Source: Thermoanaerobaculia bacterium (GTDB lineage Bacteria > Acidobacteriota > Thermoanaerobaculia > Multivoradales > Multivoraceae). From it: DNA of 64,000 nt. The translations under genes and the position numbers were made by a program. The notes under the pieces were generated by a model. It worked only from the letters and a program-made list of their open reading frames with translations. It did no database searches and was not told the origin of the DNA. Below are positions 10,653-19,179 of the stretch, in pieces. The stretch's first letter is position 1; the number at the start of each line of letters is the position of its first letter. The stretch is from NCBI GenBank assembly GCA_963666565.1, contig OY762911.1, forward strand, positions 2,752,001-2,816,000. Reading direction: 5' to 3'.

Positions 10653-10845
10653 CGGCTTCTCCTTGAGAGCGTGTCGGGTCAGTCTACTATTGGCCTCTCA
10701 TGGAAGTGGTCGGCAAGAGCGGTATCGGCTTGACGGCGGGCCGGCGCGATGTTCCGGCCGCCCTGTCGGTGCGCCGGTCTTCCGACCCGCCGCCGAAGGC
10801 GGCGAGGACTTCGCACCGCGAAGCGGCGCCCGAGGAGGACTCGTT

Positions 10846-13431
10846 GTGAGGAAACTGACGGACGGACTCGTTCTCGCTGTCGCGGGAGTGCTGGCGGCGG
10901 CGCCGCCGGCCATGGGCTACGAGTTGGAGCCCGCTCTCAGGGCCCGCGTCGACGGCCTGATCGCGGAGGTCGCCGAGTCCCCGACCACCGGCGCCAGCGT
11001 CGCCGAACGGATCCCGGTTCTGTGGGACTGGGCGAACGCCGTTTCGCTGCAGGGCGGGTTCGTGCCGAAGAATCTCCCGCTGGTCGCGTACTTCGTGCCG
11101 TTTCCCCGGCCCGGAGCGGAACCGGCGAGGAACCAGATCGAGGCGGTGGACGACTACGTGCGGCAGCTCGCCTGGCTGGACGAGGACCCGGGCGCGCTCG
11201 GCACGGTGACGCGAACCGGTTCCGATGTCTTCGAGGCCAGGACCTGGGCGACGATCGAGGTCGTCTACACCGTCGGTTCGCTCGGCATGAAGGAGGGCGG
11301 CGGCATCGTCGTTTCCTCGCAGGGCATGGGAGGCTACGGCCGCGCGCAGACGACGGACGCCGCCGCCGACCGGTACGTCTCGGCGCGAGTCAGCCGGCCG
11401 GGCATCCGTCTCGAGCAGGACACGCACCCGATCTGGGGCCCCTACGGCGGCTTCCGCGGACCGGCCGGCTTTCCCATGTTCCGCGTTCGCGGCGGAGATC
11501 TCGAAGCCGGCGACACGATCGCCCTCACCTACGGCGACACGTCGGGCGGCGGGCGCGGTCTCCGGCTCGGCCAGTTCAGCAACGACCGGATCGCGCTGCC
11601 GATTCACGTCGACCCCGGCGATGGCAGGGTCTACGAGATGCCTCCCGCGACGTTCGAGGTCGTGGGCGGCGCGGCGGAGCGGGTCCACGGCTTCGCGCCG
11701 TCGATCGTCGGCACGGGCGAACCGTTCGTCATCTCGGTGCGGGCCGAGGACCGCGCCTACAACCGGGCGACCCGGGGAATTCCGGCCCTCCATGTGCTGC
11801 TCGACGGCGAGCAGGTGGCCGAACTGCCGGCCGGGCAGGCGATCCACCTGGTCGAGCTTGTCGCCGGCGCGGAGGGCGTCCATCGCTACACCTTCCGCAG
11901 CCCGGACGGCGAGGTCACGGGCGCCGCCAATCCAGTCTGGGTGCGGGCGGACCCCGAGCAGCGCCTCTACTGGGGCGAGACGCACGGGCACTCCGGCTTC
12001 GCCGAGGGTCAGGGCACTCCGGAGGGCTACTTCGCGTTCGCCCGCGACGACGCCCGTCTCGACTTCGTCACGATGAGCGAGCACGACATCTGGTTGACGG
12101 ACGGACTCTGGGAAGAGCTGAACGAGGCGGTCCGGAAGTTCCACCGGGAGGGCGAACTGCTGGTCTTCGCCGGCTACGAGTGGACGTCGCCCCGCCAGCG
12201 CGGCGGTCACCACAACGTGTTCTTCCGAAACGTCGGCATGCAGCGGGTGGGCGTGCAGTCGGCGCCGAACCTGTCGGACCTCTATCGCGGCCTGCGCGCC
12301 GAGTACGACACGGACGACGTACTGATCATCCCGCACGCCCATCAGAACGGGGACTGGCGGCAGAACGACTTCCAGATGGAGAACCTGATCGAGATCATGT
12401 CCGGCCACGGCACCTTCGAGTGGTTCGGCAGCCGCTACCTGGAGCAGGGCTTCCGGGTCGGCTTCGTGTCCGCGTCGGACGACCACCTGGGGCACCCGGG
12501 TTACTCGCCGGGTCACCAGGCCGGCGCTTCCGGCCGGCGGTCGAACATCTTCCAGTTCGGCGGTCTGGCGGCCGCCTGGGCGCCGGCGCGCACCACGGAT
12601 GCGGTGTTCGGCGCGCTCAAATCCCGGCACGCCTACGCGACGACCGGCGCACAGCGGATCGTGCTCGACGCTCGCCTGAACGGAGAGCCGATGGGCAGCG
12701 AACTGGACCTGACCGACCGCCGGGCGCTCGAGGGACGGGCGATCGGCACGGGGCCGATCCGGCGGGTCGACCTGATCCGCAGCGGCGAAGTCGCGGCGAC
12801 GTTCGACACGCGCGGCGCCGGCGGGGCGGCGCTGCCGGAGGGCCAGTTCGAGGCCCTGGTCAGCTTCTTCTCGGAAACCTGGGTCGACATCCGGGACAAC
12901 CCGCGCGGGCAGCGGCCGTGGCGGGGCAGCGTGACGGTGGAAGGGGCGAAGCTGGTTGGCGGCCGTCTGACCGGCCCGCCGCTGCCGTCGGATCGCTTCG
13001 CGGTCGACGGCAACGCGGCCAGCTTCGACTTCACGACCCGGGGCTCGCGGCGTTCCTTTGCGCTGGTGCTGGAGGGCGATCCGGCGGCGGTGCGGCTCGA
13101 CCTCGAAATCGAGGCCGCCGTCGAATACGGCACGGCGCCGACCCAGGTGCGCACCCCGCAGCGGTTCGCCGCCGCCGAGTTCACGCTGGCGCTGCCGGCG
13201 GCGCCGGGCACGTCGGCGGGCGCCCGCGGCGGCAACGAGCACGTCTTCCACGAAGGCGACTACCGCGACAGCGTCCGCGCCGACTTCATCGAGGGACTCC
13301 GCGACGACGTGACCTTCCGCTTCACCGACTTCGGCGAAGAGGAGGACTGGTACTACCTCCGCGTCGAGCAGATCGACGGCCACCTCGCCTGGTCGAGCCC
13401 CTGGTGGGTCGGCGGCGAGAAGCCGCGCTAG
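10846..13431 (+). CDS. Secreted DUF3604-like PHP-fold protein
   Basis: AGGAGGA RBS then GTG; signal peptide; YWGETHGHS, SEHD, GYEWT...GGHHNV, IPH, SDDH, YYLRVEQIDGHLAWSSPWW. Confidence 0.75.
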   Translation: MRKLTDGLVLAVAGVLAAAPPAMGYELEPALRARVDGLIAEVAESPTTGASVAERIPVLWDWANAVSLQGGFVPKNLPLVAYFVPFPRPGAEPARNQIEAVDDYVRQLAWLDEDPGALGTVTRTGSDVFEARTWATIEVVYTVGSLGMKEGGGIVVSSQGMGGYGRAQTTDAAADRYVSARVSRPGIRLEQDTHPIWGPYGGFRGPAGFPMFRVRGGDLEAGDTIALTYGDTSGGGRGLRLGQFSNDRIALPIHVDPGDGRVYEMPPATFEVVGGAAERVHGFAPSIVGTGEPFVISVRAEDRAYNRATRGIPALHVLLDGEQVAELPAGQAIHLVELVAGAEGVHRYTFRSPDGEVTGAANPVWVRADPEQRLYWGETHGHSGFAEGQGTPEGYFAFARDDARLDFVTMSEHDIWLTDGLWEELNEAVRKFHREGELLVFAGYEWTSPRQRGGHHNVFFRNVGMQRVGVQSAPNLSDLYRGLRAEYDTDDVLIIPHAHQNGDWRQNDFQMENLIEIMSGHGTFEWFGSRYLEQGFRVGFVSASDDHLGHPGYSPGHQAGASGRRSNIFQFGGLAAAWAPARTTDAVFGALKSRHAYATTGAQRIVLDARLNGEPMGSELDLTDRRALEGRAIGTGPIRRVDLIRSGEVAATFDTRGAGGAALPEGQFEALVSFFSETWVDIRDNPRGQRPWRGSVTVEGAKLVGGRLTGPPLPSDRFAVDGNAASFDFTTRGSRRSFALVLEGDPAAVRLDLEIEAAVEYGTAPTQVRTPQRFAAAEFTLALPAAPGTSAGARGGNEHVFHEGDYRDSVRADFIEGLRDDVTFRFTDFGEEEDWYYLRVEQIDGHLAWSSPWWVGGEKPR

Positions 13432-13448
13432 CGCTGGAGGTGGCACCC

Positions 13449-13623
13449 GCCGGCCCGGGGCCTGAGGGGGAGGGCCCAGCGGACGTTCGCGCTTTCGGAG
13501 TTTGGGGGACGACTGCGCTCACTCCGCTTCACTCGCTCCGGTCGGGCGTCGGTTGGGGGAATGACGTCGGGCGTCGCTCGTTCAGAGGCCGCTGGGACCC
13601 TCCGCCTCAGACCCCGGACCGGC
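13449..13623. repeat. ~175-bp hairpin/MITE-like element with ~34-bp imperfect terminal inverted repeats (family H)
   Basis: Left arm 13449-13482 and right arm 13589-13623 are reverse complements with 3 mismatches and 1 indel. The interior is similar to the element at 18985-19165. Confidence 0.75.
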
Positions 13624-13661
13624 TGCACGTCGTCAGCCCCGGACCGGCTGGACGTCGTCGG
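13612..13661. repeat. 25-bp tandem duplication
   Basis: CCCCGGACCGGCTGCACGTCGTCAG followed by CCCCGGACCGGCTGGACGTCGTCGG. Confidence 0.85.
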
Positions 13662-13730
13662 GCGGTCGGACCGAACGCCGGCTGGCACGAACGAGAGGAC
13701 GGAGGTGCTGGTGGGCGATTTGGGACGTTC

Positions 13731-13800
13731 CACACTGGGTGCGCAGGCGTCCTCGCCGGCTGCCGCCGGAGGCGGCCAGTAGACGGGCCGCGAAGCGGCC
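13731..13800 (+). repeat. REP-like dispersed repeat, family R1 copy
   Basis: The first 47 nt are 45/47 identical to the reverse complement of 16001-16047; related copies at 36961-37016 and 52150-52302. Confidence 0.85.
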
Positions 13801-13884
13801 ACGATCTCCGCCAGATGGCTCAACGAAACGTGATTCAACCGTAGAGGCTACGTCTTGTCCAAGGAGCCGAGGCGTGGGCAAGGG

Positions 13885-15129
13885 ATGGTTCCGGCGGAGG
13901 CGGCCGGGCTCTACGTCCACATCCCCTTTTGCTCGGCGATCTGTCCCTACTGCGACTTTGCGGTGGCGCGGGGTGGCGAGGCGGATGGGGAGCGGTTTGT
14001 TGATGCCTTGGTTGGAGAGATCGATTCCTTCGGCTGCAGGGGGCGAGAGCGGAATCGGACTGGCGAGGCTGAGAGGTTCGGTACCGGCGGGTTCGACACT
14101 GTGTACTTCGGCGGAGGTACTCCCTCGGCGCTGGGCCTGGAGCAGCTTGGGGCGATTCGGCGGCGATTGGTCGGGACGTTCCTGATCGATCCCGAGGCCG
14201 AGTGGACGATCGAGGTGAACCCGGAGGATGCGTCGCCCGAGGCGCTGTCGGGCTGGCGGGAACTCGGTTTCGACCGGGTCAGTCTGGGCCTGCAGGCGTT
14301 GGACGATCGGGCGTTGCGCTTTCTCGGGCGGCGGCACGATGCGGCGGCGGCGCGTGCGAGCGTCGAAGGGGCACGTGCCGCGGGTTTCCGGTCGGTGTCG
14401 GTCGACCTGATCTACTCGTTGCCCGGATTCGACGGCGGCTGGTGGCTTCGGACGCTGGACGAGGCGGCGGCGCTCGGGCCGGACCACGTCTCCTGCTACG
14501 AACTGACGATCCACGACGGGACGCCGTTCGGCCGGCGGCGGGACGCGGGCAGGCTGCGGGACACCGGCGAAGACGAGCGGGCCGCCAACTTCGTCGCCAC
14601 GCATCGGCGGCTCGCGAAGCTCGGCTACGAGGGCTACGAGGTCTCGAACTTCGCCCGCCGCGTGGCGGACCGGAGCCGCCACAACCGGAAGTACTGGCGG
14701 CACCGGCCCTATCTGGGGCTGGGGCCTTCGTCGCACTCCTTCGCCGGGCGCAGTCGGTGGTGGAACGTGGCTCCGTGGAAGGACTGGAGCGCCGCGGTGG
14801 CGAGCGGTGAATCTCCGGTCGCCGGTCGCGAGGAACTGACCGACGACCAACTGCTGCTGGAAGCGGTGATGATGGGACTCCGCCAGCGATCCGGCATCGA
14901 CTGCGCCGCGCTGGAGCGGCGTTTCGGCATCGATCCGTCCGCCGGCAACGCCGGGCGAATCGAAGCCTGGGAGAAGGCGGGCTGGCTCCGGGTCGTTGGC
15001 CGGCGACTGACGCCGACCCTCGAAGGCATGGCCCGGGCCGATCGCCTTGCGGGGGAGTGGATCCTCCCGGCCGGCGGTAGCCGGCGCCGCCGGAGGCGCG
15101 CGGCCTCGTCGTCGCCCGTGAGCGGGTAG
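13885..15129 (+). CDS. hemW: Radical SAM heme chaperone HemW
   Basis: LYVHIPFCSAICPYCDF (CxxxCxxC), YFGGGTPS, YEVSNF, HNRKYW, YLGLGPSSHS. Confidence 0.92.
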   Translation: MVPAEAAGLYVHIPFCSAICPYCDFAVARGGEADGERFVDALVGEIDSFGCRGRERNRTGEAERFGTGGFDTVYFGGGTPSALGLEQLGAIRRRLVGTFLIDPEAEWTIEVNPEDASPEALSGWRELGFDRVSLGLQALDDRALRFLGRRHDAAAARASVEGARAAGFRSVSVDLIYSLPGFDGGWWLRTLDEAAALGPDHVSCYELTIHDGTPFGRRRDAGRLRDTGEDERAANFVATHRRLAKLGYEGYEVSNFARRVADRSRHNRKYWRHRPYLGLGPSSHSFAGRSRWWNVAPWKDWSAAVASGESPVAGREELTDDQLLLEAVMMGLRQRSGIDCAALERRFGIDPSAGNAGRIEAWEKAGWLRVVGRRLTPTLEGMARADRLAGEWILPAGGSRRRRRRAASSSPVSG

Positions 15130-15142
15130 TCTGACCTCGACG

Positions 15143-15676
15143 ATGAGACGCCCGCCCGCAGGAGCGGAGAAGGTGCGCGCCCTGATGCGGCGCCTGGGCG
15201 GTGCGGCCCGCAGTCCCGGGCGGATCTATCTGGTGGGGGGCGCCTCCGCCGTCCTCGTCGGCTGGCGGGAGACGACGATCGATGTCGACCTCAAGCTCGA
15301 TCCGGAGCCGGAGGGCGTCTTCGCCGCGATCGCCGGGGCGAAGGAGGCGCTTCGGGTGAACGTGGAACTCGCGGCGCCCGACGACTTCCTGCCCGCGCTG
15401 CCCGGGTGGCGCGACCGCAGTCCGTTCGTCGCGCGTCACGGGGTTGTCGATTTCTTTCACTACGACTTCCACGCCCAGGCTCTCGCGAAGATCGAACGGG
15501 CCCACGCCCAGGACCTGGCCGACGTGGAGGCGATGCTGGAGCGCGGCCTGGTCACGGCGCCGCGGCTCCTGGATCTGTTTCGACGGATCGAGCCTGAACT
15601 GGAACGCTATCCGGCAGTCGAGCCCAGGTGTCTTCGCCTGAGGGTGCTTCGCTACGCCGGCGAGGACGGGGCATGA
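15143..15676 (+). CDS. DUF6036-like nucleotidyltransferase
   Basis: IYLVGGASAVL.GWRETTIDVDLK (GG/S...DxD Pol-beta-type motif), ALAKIER...DLADV. Confidence 0.75.
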   Translation: MRRPPAGAEKVRALMRRLGGAARSPGRIYLVGGASAVLVGWRETTIDVDLKLDPEPEGVFAAIAGAKEALRVNVELAAPDDFLPALPGWRDRSPFVARHGVVDFFHYDFHAQALAKIERAHAQDLADVEAMLERGLVTAPRLLDLFRRIEPELERYPAVEPRCLRLRVLRYAGEDGA

Positions 15677-16080
15677 CCGGGCCGGAAACGGCTGCGCTCG
15701 ACCGCGTGCCGGCGACGCTCCCGGGCGCGGATCTCGTGGCGGCGGGGATCGAGGCGCTGCGGCGGGGAGAGACGACGGAGGAGGCTCTGCTGGTTCTGAT
15801 CGGCGCCTGGCGGCTCCGCGCCGCCGGTCTGGATGTTCCGGCGGCGCCGGACCTCGAGACGTCGCCCGAGATCGCCCTCTACGGGATGATCGCCGCCAGG
15901 CGCTCGGCCGACGCGCACTCCCGTTACAACGCGCTTGTCCGTCGCCTGGTCAGCTTCGAGCGCGCGTTGGAGAGCCGGCCTTCGGCCGGCGCGTCTTTCC
16001 GGCCGCCTTCGGCGGCAGCCGGCGAGGACGCCGGCGCACCCAGTGTGCGGCCCCGTTCCCCGCGCGACAGCGCAGCCTGA
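15673..16080 (+). CDS. Small hypothetical protein, translationally coupled to the nucleotidyltransferase
   Basis: ATGA overlap at 15673-15676; LPGADLVAAGIEAL...AHSRYNALVRRLVSFERAL; the C-terminus runs through an R1 repeat. Confidence 0.7.
   Translation: MTGPETAALDRVPATLPGADLVAAGIEALRRGETTEEALLVLIGAWRLRAAGLDVPAAPDLETSPEIALYGMIAARRSADAHSRYNALVRRLVSFERALESRPSAGASFRPPSAAAGEDAGAPSVRPRSPRDSAA
15981..16047 (-). repeat. REP-like dispersed repeat, family R1 copy
   Basis: Reverse complement of 13731-13800. Confidence 0.85.
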
Positions 16081-16095
16081 CGGCTGCGAACACTC

Positions 16096-17757
16096 CTAGC
16101 GGAAGACGGACGCTTCGAGCTCGACGTCGGCGCTCTGCCACGCCTTCGCCAGGCGCTCTTCCACTGCATCCGCTTCCTGCTTCCGGTCCTGCGCGCGCAG
16201 TGCCTCCGCCAGGCCGTACAGGGACCAGCCGTTGTGCGGGTTGTGCTCCAGGTCGCGGCGGTAGGCGGCTTCGGCCTCGGCGGCGCGGCCGGCTTCAAGC
16301 AGGACGGCGCCGAGGGACTGGCGCACGGGGTAGTGGAAGGACGGCGGCTCCGCGTAACGGAGGCTGTCCTGGAGCGCCACGGCCGAGCGCATCTCGGCGA
16401 TCGCCCGCGGCAGCCGGCCCCTGGCCGCCTGGATCTCGCCAGCGAGCAGGTGTTCGGTCAGGCGCACCAGATCGGCGCCTCGGGCGAACGAGATGCGGAG
16501 TTCCGAGAGTTCCGGGCGCCGCCGGAGCTTGCCGAGCGCCTTGAGGTGGCGTCTGGCGCCGCGCGGGTCGCCCGCGGCCGCCGCGGCCAGGCCCTGGGCG
16601 TAGCGCCACATCGCGGTCTGGAAGGTCTGGCCGGCCGGCGGCGCCGGGGTATCGCGGATCTCCTGCCAGCGGCCGAACCGGACGCGGGCGAAAAGCGGCG
16701 TCGCCAGGTAGTTCTGGAGGAAGGCAAGCGTCGAGGCCATCGCGAGCGGTACTTCCGCCGCCAGCCTGTCGGCGGTCTCGATCGCCAGTTCCGAGCGGCC
16801 GCCGAAGGTGGCGGCGGCCCACAGGAAGTGGATGTTGTGGGGGTAGTAGCCGACCGCGTATAGCCCCTGGGCGTTGCATTGCGCGAGGTAGTCGAGGTCG
16901 GCGGCGATCGCGCGCTGGTTCGAGGTCACCGCGTCGTCGTAGCGGCCGACCCGGATGTAGATGTGCGCCGGCATGTGGACCAGGTGGCCGGCGGAGGGCA
17001 TCAGCTTGCCCAGGGCGTCGGCGCTGGGCTCGGCGAGATGGGGTTCGCGCGCCTCCATCAGGTGGATGTAGTAGTGGTGCGCGCCCGGGTGGTCGGGGTG
17101 CGCCGCAATCACCCGCTCCAGCGCTGCCTTCGCCTCGACGGTTCCCGGTTGCGGTTGGCCGCCGCGCCAGTAGTCCCAGGGCATCGTGTTCATGATCGCC
17201 GCGGCGTGCAGCGTCGCCGGTTCCGGGTCGTCCGGGAAGCGCTTCGCGACGGCGGCGATGGCGTCGACCCACGCCGCGTCGAAGGCGGCCCGGTCGGCCT
17301 CTTCTTCGGCGGAGTAGCGGCTCGCGAGCGCCTCGATCAGGGCCTGCTCGCGCTCGTCGCCGTTGGCGCGCCGTTCGCGCGCCAGCTCCAGGCTGGCCAG
17401 CGCCTGCAGCTCGCGCTCCCGCGGCATCGAGTCGTTCAGGTTGCGGCCCAGGGCCAGCGCCTTGCCCCAGTGTGGCATCGGCGCTTCCGGGTCGAGCCGC
17501 GCCGCTTCCTCGAAGGCCCGAATGGCCTCGGCGTGGTTGAACGCGTAGACGAGCCGCAGCCCCTGGTCGAAGAAGCGCTGCGCCGCTTCGGACGAGGTGG
17601 TGATCGGGTAGTGCAGGTCGCCCAGGCCCTCCAGCGTCGGCGCCAGAGGTTGGCCGGCGTCGTTGGCGCTGGCGTCAGCCGGGGAGGCGCTCAGCAGAGC
17701 GGCCGCCCAGGCGGCGGCGAGGATCGCCGGGATGCGTCCCGGTCCGCTGTCTCTCAT
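16096..17757 (-). CDS. Secreted TPR-repeat protein
   Basis: Signal peptide; AQRFFDQGLRLVYAFNHAEAIRAF, HPGAHHYYIHLME, GHLVHMPAHIY, YYPHNIHF, NGWSLYGL. Confidence 0.8.
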   Translation of the reverse strand: MRDSGPGRIPAILAAAWAAALLSASPADASANDAGQPLAPTLEGLGDLHYPITTSSEAAQRFFDQGLRLVYAFNHAEAIRAFEEAARLDPEAPMPHWGKALALGRNLNDSMPRERELQALASLELARERRANGDEREQALIEALASRYSAEEEADRAAFDAAWVDAIAAVAKRFPDDPEPATLHAAAIMNTMPWDYWRGGQPQPGTVEAKAALERVIAAHPDHPGAHHYYIHLMEAREPHLAEPSADALGKLMPSAGHLVHMPAHIYIRVGRYDDAVTSNQRAIAADLDYLAQCNAQGLYAVGYYPHNIHFLWAAATFGGRSELAIETADRLAAEVPLAMASTLAFLQNYLATPLFARVRFGRWQEIRDTPAPPAGQTFQTAMWRYAQGLAAAAAGDPRGARRHLKALGKLRRRPELSELRISFARGADLVRLTEHLLAGEIQAARGRLPRAIAEMRSAVALQDSLRYAEPPSFHYPVRQSLGAVLLEAGRAAEAEAAYRRDLEHNPHNGWSLYGLAEALRAQDRKQEADAVEERLAKAWQSADVELEASVFR

Positions 17758-17893
17758 GCGGTCAGGGTAACAGCGTCGGCGGAGCGGGATTCGCGGCACG
17801 CGCTTGCGGTGCGGCGGGGTCGAGGCCGAACACGGCGCCGGCAATGGTCCGCGAGCGCCGGTCGGCGTTAGCATCGCCCTCGATGGGTGGTCC

Positions 17894-18916
17894 GTGGCGC
17901 GCATAGCGGTCCTGACCGGAGGCTCGACGCCGGAGAGAACGGTCGCCCTGGCCGGAGCGGCCAAGGTGTCGGCCGCGTTGCGGACCCGCGGCCACGAGGT
18001 CGCCGTGTTCGACACAATCGAACCGGGACCCCTGGACGCGGAACAGGAGCGTCGGCGCCTGGGCCGAGCCGTCGGCGCCCGCCCGCCGTCGCTGGCCGAG
18101 CTGCGCGAACTGGAAGCGCGGGAAGACCTGCCCGCCCTGGTCGCGGGCGAACTCGCCGGCCACGACGCCGTCTTCCTCGTCCTCCACGGCCGCCAGGGCG
18201 AGGGCGGGGAAGTGCAGGAGCTGCTGGAGGCCGCCGGCATCGCCTTCACCGGCAGCGACTCCCGCGGCAGCCGTCTGGCGATGGACAAGGACGAGAGCAA
18301 GCGCCGCTTCCGCGATGCCGGTATCCCGACTCCCGACTGGCTGACCTGGCCGGCCCGTCAGTCCGACATCGAAGAGCTCGGCCTGCCCCTGATCGTCAAG
18401 CCGTCACGGGTCGGCTCGACGGTCGGCCTGACCCTCATGCGGGATCTCGACGGCCTCGACTCGGCGGTCGGCAAGGCCTTGACGTTCGACGACCACGTGA
18501 TCCTGGAGCCGTTCCTGCCCGGGCGGGAGTACACCGTGGGAGTCCTCGAGGACTGCGCACTGGGCGTCGGCGAGATCATCTCGCCGGGCACGATCTTCGA
18601 CTTCCACAGCAAGTACACCCCGGGGCGTGCCCGGGAAGTGTTTCCAGCCGACATCGACGAGGACCTCCGGAAGCGTCTCCGCGAACTTGCCCTCGCCGCC
18701 CACGAGGCGCTGGCCCTCCGCGACTTCTCCCGCGTCGACTTCCGTCTCGACGCCGAGGGCGCCCCTCACTGCCTGGAGGTCAACACCCTGCCGGGCATGA
18801 CGCCCACCAGCCTCCTCCCGCAATCCGCCGCGGTCTTCGGCATCTCCTTCGAAGACCTCTGCGACCGCATGATCCGTCTGGCTCTGGGCCGCAACGCTCC
18901 TGACCTCGCTCCGTGA
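17894..18916 (+). CDS. ddl: D-alanine--D-alanine ligase
   Basis: IAVLTGGSTPER, FLVLHGRQGEGG, LAMDK, IVKPSRVGSTVG, FDFHSKY, RVDFRL, LEVNTLPGMT..SLLP. Confidence 0.92.
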   Translation: MARIAVLTGGSTPERTVALAGAAKVSAALRTRGHEVAVFDTIEPGPLDAEQERRRLGRAVGARPPSLAELRELEAREDLPALVAGELAGHDAVFLVLHGRQGEGGEVQELLEAAGIAFTGSDSRGSRLAMDKDESKRRFRDAGIPTPDWLTWPARQSDIEELGLPLIVKPSRVGSTVGLTLMRDLDGLDSAVGKALTFDDHVILEPFLPGREYTVGVLEDCALGVGEIISPGTIFDFHSKYTPGRAREVFPADIDEDLRKRLRELALAAHEALALRDFSRVDFRLDAEGAPHCLEVNTLPGMTPTSLLPQSAAVFGISFEDLCDRMIRLALGRNAPDLAP

Positions 18917-18984
18917 ACCCTCCGCACTCCCGTGCGACTCAGTAGCCGGACCAATCCTCGGACCATCGAGCCAGACGACGACGT

Positions 18985-19165
18985 CCCGCCCGAGCCGGGC
19001 CGGGGGGCGGGGTCCCGGGGGGTCGGAGGCAAGTGACTCCCGGCGCCCTTCCGGCAACCGACGCCGAGCAGGAACGCAGCCGACAACAGCGAGCCCACCC
19101 CTTCCGTCCTCTGCCTTGAGGGCGAGCGTCCCCCGGGACCCTCCCCCCGGCCCGGATCGGGCGGG
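18985..19165. repeat. ~181-bp hairpin/MITE-like element with ~36-bp terminal inverted repeats (family H)
   Basis: Arm 18985-19021 pairs with arm 19130-19165; the interior aligns with the reverse complement of 13449-13623. Confidence 0.75.
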
Positions 19166-19179
19166 TTCGCGCCCCGGCG

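Noticed and set aside
17894-18916. Stand-alone ddl as a possible van-type D-Ala-D-Lac ligase
   Set aside because: The omega loop keeps the Tyr (SKY) typical of D-Ala-D-Ala ligases, and there are no vanH/X/R/S neighbours.
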